A stretch of 19,253 nt of DNA, from assembly GCA_013331805.1 (NCBI GenBank), contig DUFS01000033.1:1-19253 (forward strand). Direction: 5' to 3'. The position numbers were made by a program, and so were the translations under genes. This DNA is from Candidatus Micrarchaeota archaeon (GTDB lineage: Archaea; Micrarchaeota; Micrarchaeia; Anstonellales; Anstonellaceae). Positions 16,302 through 19,253 of the stretch are shown piece after piece; the stretch's first letter is position 1, and each line of letters opens with the position of its first letter. The notes under the pieces are model-generated. The model had not been told where the DNA came from and did no database searches. It saw only the letters and a program-made list of their open reading frames with translations.

Positions 16302-16864
16302 ATGGTATTTATGTCGAAATACGGATTCGTGACCAACACAGTCCTAAAAGCATCGAGTAACCTAACAGACAGTTCGGAAGCAAGGAAATCAAACGTTTTT
16401 GCGGTTAAACTCGAAAAATACCTTCTTGCTTCGTATAAAGAAGAAAGAATTTTATCTTCGAAATTTCAGCCCAGGAAAATATTCACAAGATTTCTGCCCA
16501 TGAACGACGATCTGGGAAAAAGCCGTGAAATTACGGGCCAGTTGAAGAAAGAGGCTGCAGATTCCTTCTATGAATTGTCCGAAGAAAGTCGAGAAAAAAT
16601 CGGAAAAGCCCTGGACAACTTTTTTCGAAAAATGCTTATCGGAACAATGCAGCAACATGGGGCGGCATAGTGGCCTGTGCGGTTCTTGGCTTGTCCCTCG
16701 TCGCATCCTACGTCCGGGCTCACTCAGCAACGAAATGGCATTGGCTGGCTTGGGGTATCGGCACGGTGATATTGGCCACAACTGCGTTATGGCATGCTTT
16801 GAAAATCCCAAAATACAATTTTGCTGAGGATAAATTCAGAGAAGCAACGGAAAAGGCTACTTGA
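16302..16864 (+). pseudogene. Hypothetical membrane protein split by a -1 frameshift (or two coupled genes, 16302-16670 and 16670-16864)
   Basis: One extra base in T6 (16620-16625) or A5 (16628-16632) joins ...ALDNFF to NAYRNNAATWGGIVACAVLGLSLV...WHWLAWGIGTVILATTALW (2 TM helices). TTTTAAT at 16274-16280. Confidence 0.5.
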
Positions 16865-17507
16865 ATATTTTTCCCGTCTCCTCGGCCCAGAACAACAAGT
16901 CCAAATGCCCAATCGGAATGCCGAGACTCTCGCAGAATTTTTCCATCCTCTTTTCGATTTGAAGATAGCGCTTTGGAGTCAGGCTTTTCGGAAGCCTTCC
17001 AATCGCTCCGTGGCGCCTGAGATTCTTCAGTATGTGCCTGTCCAGTATGGCTATCGAGCTTCCTCTTCCGACATTTCTCAGGTAATGACTGGCTTCCTTC
17101 CAGCCGATTCCCTTCACGTTTTTCATAAGCTCGCTGCGTGCGTGGTATTCGCTTCCGTCGAATGTGAGCTTTTTAAGCAGTGCAAAGCCGTCTACACCCA
17201 ACTTTTCCCTTGCCTCCACAAGATATGCAGCCTTGTTGTTGTGGAAGCGGGTCTTTTTGGAAAGAATCGCCGCGATTTCTTCCCCCGAGCCCTTGAAAAG
17301 CAGCCCCTTTTTTTTCAACTCCCGAATTGCCTCATCGCAGGAAAACGCCTTGCTCTGGGGAGTCAGTATGCAAAAAGAAAGCTCCTCGAATAGAGCAGTG
17401 CCGCCTTTTTTCCCAGTTAGCTCGAATTGGAGGAGGCGCTCTGTTATCTCGTTTTTTCTTTTCTCGTATTTTTCCAGAACTTCTGCGCTTCCCTTTTGTT
17501 TTTCCAT
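16857..17507 (-). CDS. ogg: 8-oxoguanine DNA glycosylase/AP lyase (archaeal Ogg2 type)
   Basis: FEELSFCILTPQ, RFHNNKA, HhH KGIGWKEASHYLRNVG, ILDRHIL and C-terminal LDL..W..ETG.IFK. Confidence 0.93.
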   Translation of the reverse strand: MEKQKGSAEVLEKYEKRKNEITERLLQFELTGKKGGTALFEELSFCILTPQSKAFSCDEAIRELKKKGLLFKGSGEEIAAILSKKTRFHNNKAAYLVEAREKLGVDGFALLKKLTFDGSEYHARSELMKNVKGIGWKEASHYLRNVGRGSSIAILDRHILKNLRRHGAIGRLPKSLTPKRYLQIEKRMEKFCESLGIPIGHLDLLFWAEETGKIFK

Positions 17508-18046
17508 CACTCTTCCCTCTTTTCAATGTCGCCGTGCCCTGGGCAGAGCAGCTTGTAATTGATTTTCGAAATGAGGCCGAGGCTTTCTTCCATTTCCTTT
17601 TCGTTCCCCCCAAGATCTGTCCTGCCGTATCCTCCGCCTGCAAACGCGGTGTCCCCCGAAAATAGGATGCCGGTTTTCCTGTCCAATATGCAGATGCTGC
17701 CCCGCGTGTGCCCGGGCGTGTGGAAAAACTCAAGCAGATGCGAGCCGAAAATTAGCGGCTTCATGGGATTTGGAGCCGCATTCTTGGGAATTTTCAGGTA
17801 TGGCCCCTTGAATGCAGCCTCCGCAGGATGCAGGAGCACGCAGGGCCAGTTCTCCTCCACTCCCGAAGTATGGTCAAAATGCCCGTGCGTGAGGATGCAG
17901 ATGTCCGGCGCAAATCCGATTTCAGCATCCCCGTCGCCGGAGTCGATAATGAGCCGTTTTCCGCCCTCCTCGATCAGGTAGATGGTGCCGCACACCCTTT
18001 CATCAGTGCGGAGCATGGAGGTGTTTTTCCCGATTTTTTCAAACAT
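17507..18046 (-). CDS. Metallo-beta-lactamase fold hydrolase (glyoxalase II-like)
   Basis: IDSG, THGHFDH, HTPGHTRGS, LFSGD and PGHG motifs. Confidence 0.92.
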   Translation of the reverse strand: MFEKIGKNTSMLRTDERVCGTIYLIEEGGKRLIIDSGDGDAEIGFAPDICILTHGHFDHTSGVEENWPCVLLHPAEAAFKGPYLKIPKNAAPNPMKPLIFGSHLLEFFHTPGHTRGSICILDRKTGILFSGDTAFAGGGYGRTDLGGNEKEMEESLGLISKINYKLLCPGHGDIEKREE

Positions 18047-18052
18047 GGCTTC

Positions 18053-18826
18053 TCACTTCCTTTGCTTGAGCGAGAATTTCCCAGATGGCAATGCAAGGAG
18101 GAGCTCATCTGCGCTGGCTTTCAGGGCTGCTGAGATTTTCTTGGCAGCCTGCCCCTTTTCAATTGCCCCTGGAGAAAGAACGAACGGAAGGCCAGGAGAA
18201 TCCGGGTGCACCGCAGGCAGGCAAACAACAATGCCCTCTTTCAGGCCAATTGCAAGCCCCAGGGGAGTGGAGCGGAACCATTCCCGCTCGCCTGAAATGG
18301 CAAAGCCTCCCGCCCCCACGTATCCGCCTTGGGCATGCTTGGAAAGCTGCCCTTTTTCAACAGCGTAAACATCCACAGAAGCCGCACCCACCTTCCAGGC
18401 GGAGGAGTGGCTTGCGGCAAACTGGGCGGTTTCAATTTTTTCCTGCTGGCTTGCTTCTTTGCCGCCGACGAGTATGGTCGCAGGCGCGCCCTGAATGTCT
18501 GCATGGAAAAAAAGGTCGGATTCGTTCATGCTTTTAGCAACCAGCAAATCGTTTTGCTTGGCATCCCTGCCTGCAACCGCCAATTTTCCGCCCGAAGTGA
18601 AAAACCATCGGAATTTCTCGTACCACTCCCGTTTTCTTCTCATTTCAGGGGCTTTCCGTTCAGCCTCGGTTTTAGTTTTGTCAGCCATGGCAAGCACAAT
18701 CTCTATCTTTGTCTTTTCTATGGCATCCCTTGCTCCTGCTTCCTTGGCTGCTGCATCCTTTGCCGATTGGTATGCCGCCGATGCGTTTTCCTGCGCGCTT
18801 TTCCGCCAGTCCAGCTTGATTTTCAT
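18053..18826 (-). CDS. NFACT RNA-binding (DUF814) protein; C-terminal half of an Rqc2/RqcH homolog
   Basis: LD..KSAQENA..Y..AK coiled coil, WYEKFRWF, GRDAKQND, FHADIQGA, S.AWK and G.FAISGER.W. Confidence 0.88.
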   Translation of the reverse strand: MKIKLDWRKSAQENASAAYQSAKDAAAKEAGARDAIEKTKIEIVLAMADKTKTEAERKAPEMRRKREWYEKFRWFFTSGGKLAVAGRDAKQNDLLVAKSMNESDLFFHADIQGAPATILVGGKEASQQEKIETAQFAASHSSAWKVGAASVDVYAVEKGQLSKHAQGGYVGAGGFAISGEREWFRSTPLGLAIGLKEGIVVCLPAVHPDSPGLPFVLSPGAIEKGQAAKKISAALKASADELLLALPSGKFSLKQRK

Positions 18827-18923
18827 GAATTCAATTCTTCACGGAGGTTTTTTAGCCTTGCATGCTGGCAGATAAGCTCAGGGTTTAAAAAGTCTTATTC
18901 GCCTAATCAGAGTTGGTGCGGCA

Positions 18924-19253
18924 ATGATTGCAAGAAGGGCATTGTACGGAGTCCTTTTCGTAGCGCTACTCGTTTCTCCGGTCTTTGCAACCGGCCCTCT
19001 CAAAGCCGCGCTCTCGCAGTTATGCGGCGAACTGAAAGACCTGGTTCCAGTCGCGGCAATGCTCATGGTACTTCTTGCTGCTGTCATATATGCGTCGGGC
19101 CAGATGATGGGCGCAGAGACGCGGGCGCGCGCCAATGTCTGGGCTACTTCGTGCCTGACTGGGGCGATTATTGGCCTTCTTATCACTGCGATTGCGCCCA
19201 CAATACTTGGCGCAATAGCAAACCCGTCAAACCCGAACCAGCCAATAGACTGC
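18924..19253 (+). CDS. VirB2/TrbC-like pilin precursor (runs off the window end)
   Basis: MIARRALYGVLFVALLVSPVFA (signal peptide), then TGPLKAALSQLCGELKDLVPVAAMLMVLLAAVIYASGQMMGAETRARANVWATSCLTGAIIGLLITAIAPTIL.... Two hydrophobic helices flank a basic loop. TTTAAAA at 18884-18890 and GGTG at 18915-18918. Confidence 0.7.
   Translation, partial: MIARRALYGVLFVALLVSPVFATGPLKAALSQLCGELKDLVPVAAMLMVLLAAVIYASGQMMGAETRARANVWATSCLTGAIIGLLITAIAPTILGAIANPSNPNQPIDC

Noticed and set aside
18878..19201. 107-aa minus-strand ORF in the track
   Set aside because: It is the antisense shadow of the plus-strand pilin, which has a TATA box, SD and signal peptide.
1..19253. tRNA/rRNA genes, CRISPR arrays, transposases, integrases, inteins (in SufB or Cdc6)
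   Set aside because: None seen. Intergenic gaps are short with no cloverleaf or repeat-spacer pattern, and SufB and Cdc6 have normal lengths.

Overview
Archaeal chromosomal window, most likely from a DPANN (Micrarchaeota-like) genome. This is inferred from archaeal-type GGGP synthase, SepF, Orc1/Cdc6, Rpo7/Spt4, eS26, Ogg and a short NFACT protein. It carries a lipid/translation operon (GGGPS, TsaC/Sua5, HemK2-like MTase, TrmJ), divergent sepF and cdc6, a divergent fold-type-II PLP enzyme, an HD nucleotidase, and a rpo7-spt4-eS26-yunC operon. It also has endonuclease IV, a complete bacterial-type SUF Fe-S operon (sufC-B-D-S-U), ogg, an MBL hydrolase, a truncated Rqc2/NFACT, and a VirB2/TrbC-like pilin missed by the ORF track at the right edge. 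The best lead is a Cys-rich HTH regulator heading the SUF operon, with a perfect 14-bp palindrome over its predicted transcription start: a candidate autoregulatory Fe-S/metal-sensing repressor and its operator. Other leads are a GGGPS with an altered glycerol-phosphate-binding motif, eS26 alongside both SD-led and apparently leaderless genes, two frameshifted membrane-protein genes, an unannotated 31-aa membrane peptide and a possible ADP-ribosyltransferase-fold ORFan. All family assignments come from motif recognition by eye; no searches were run.
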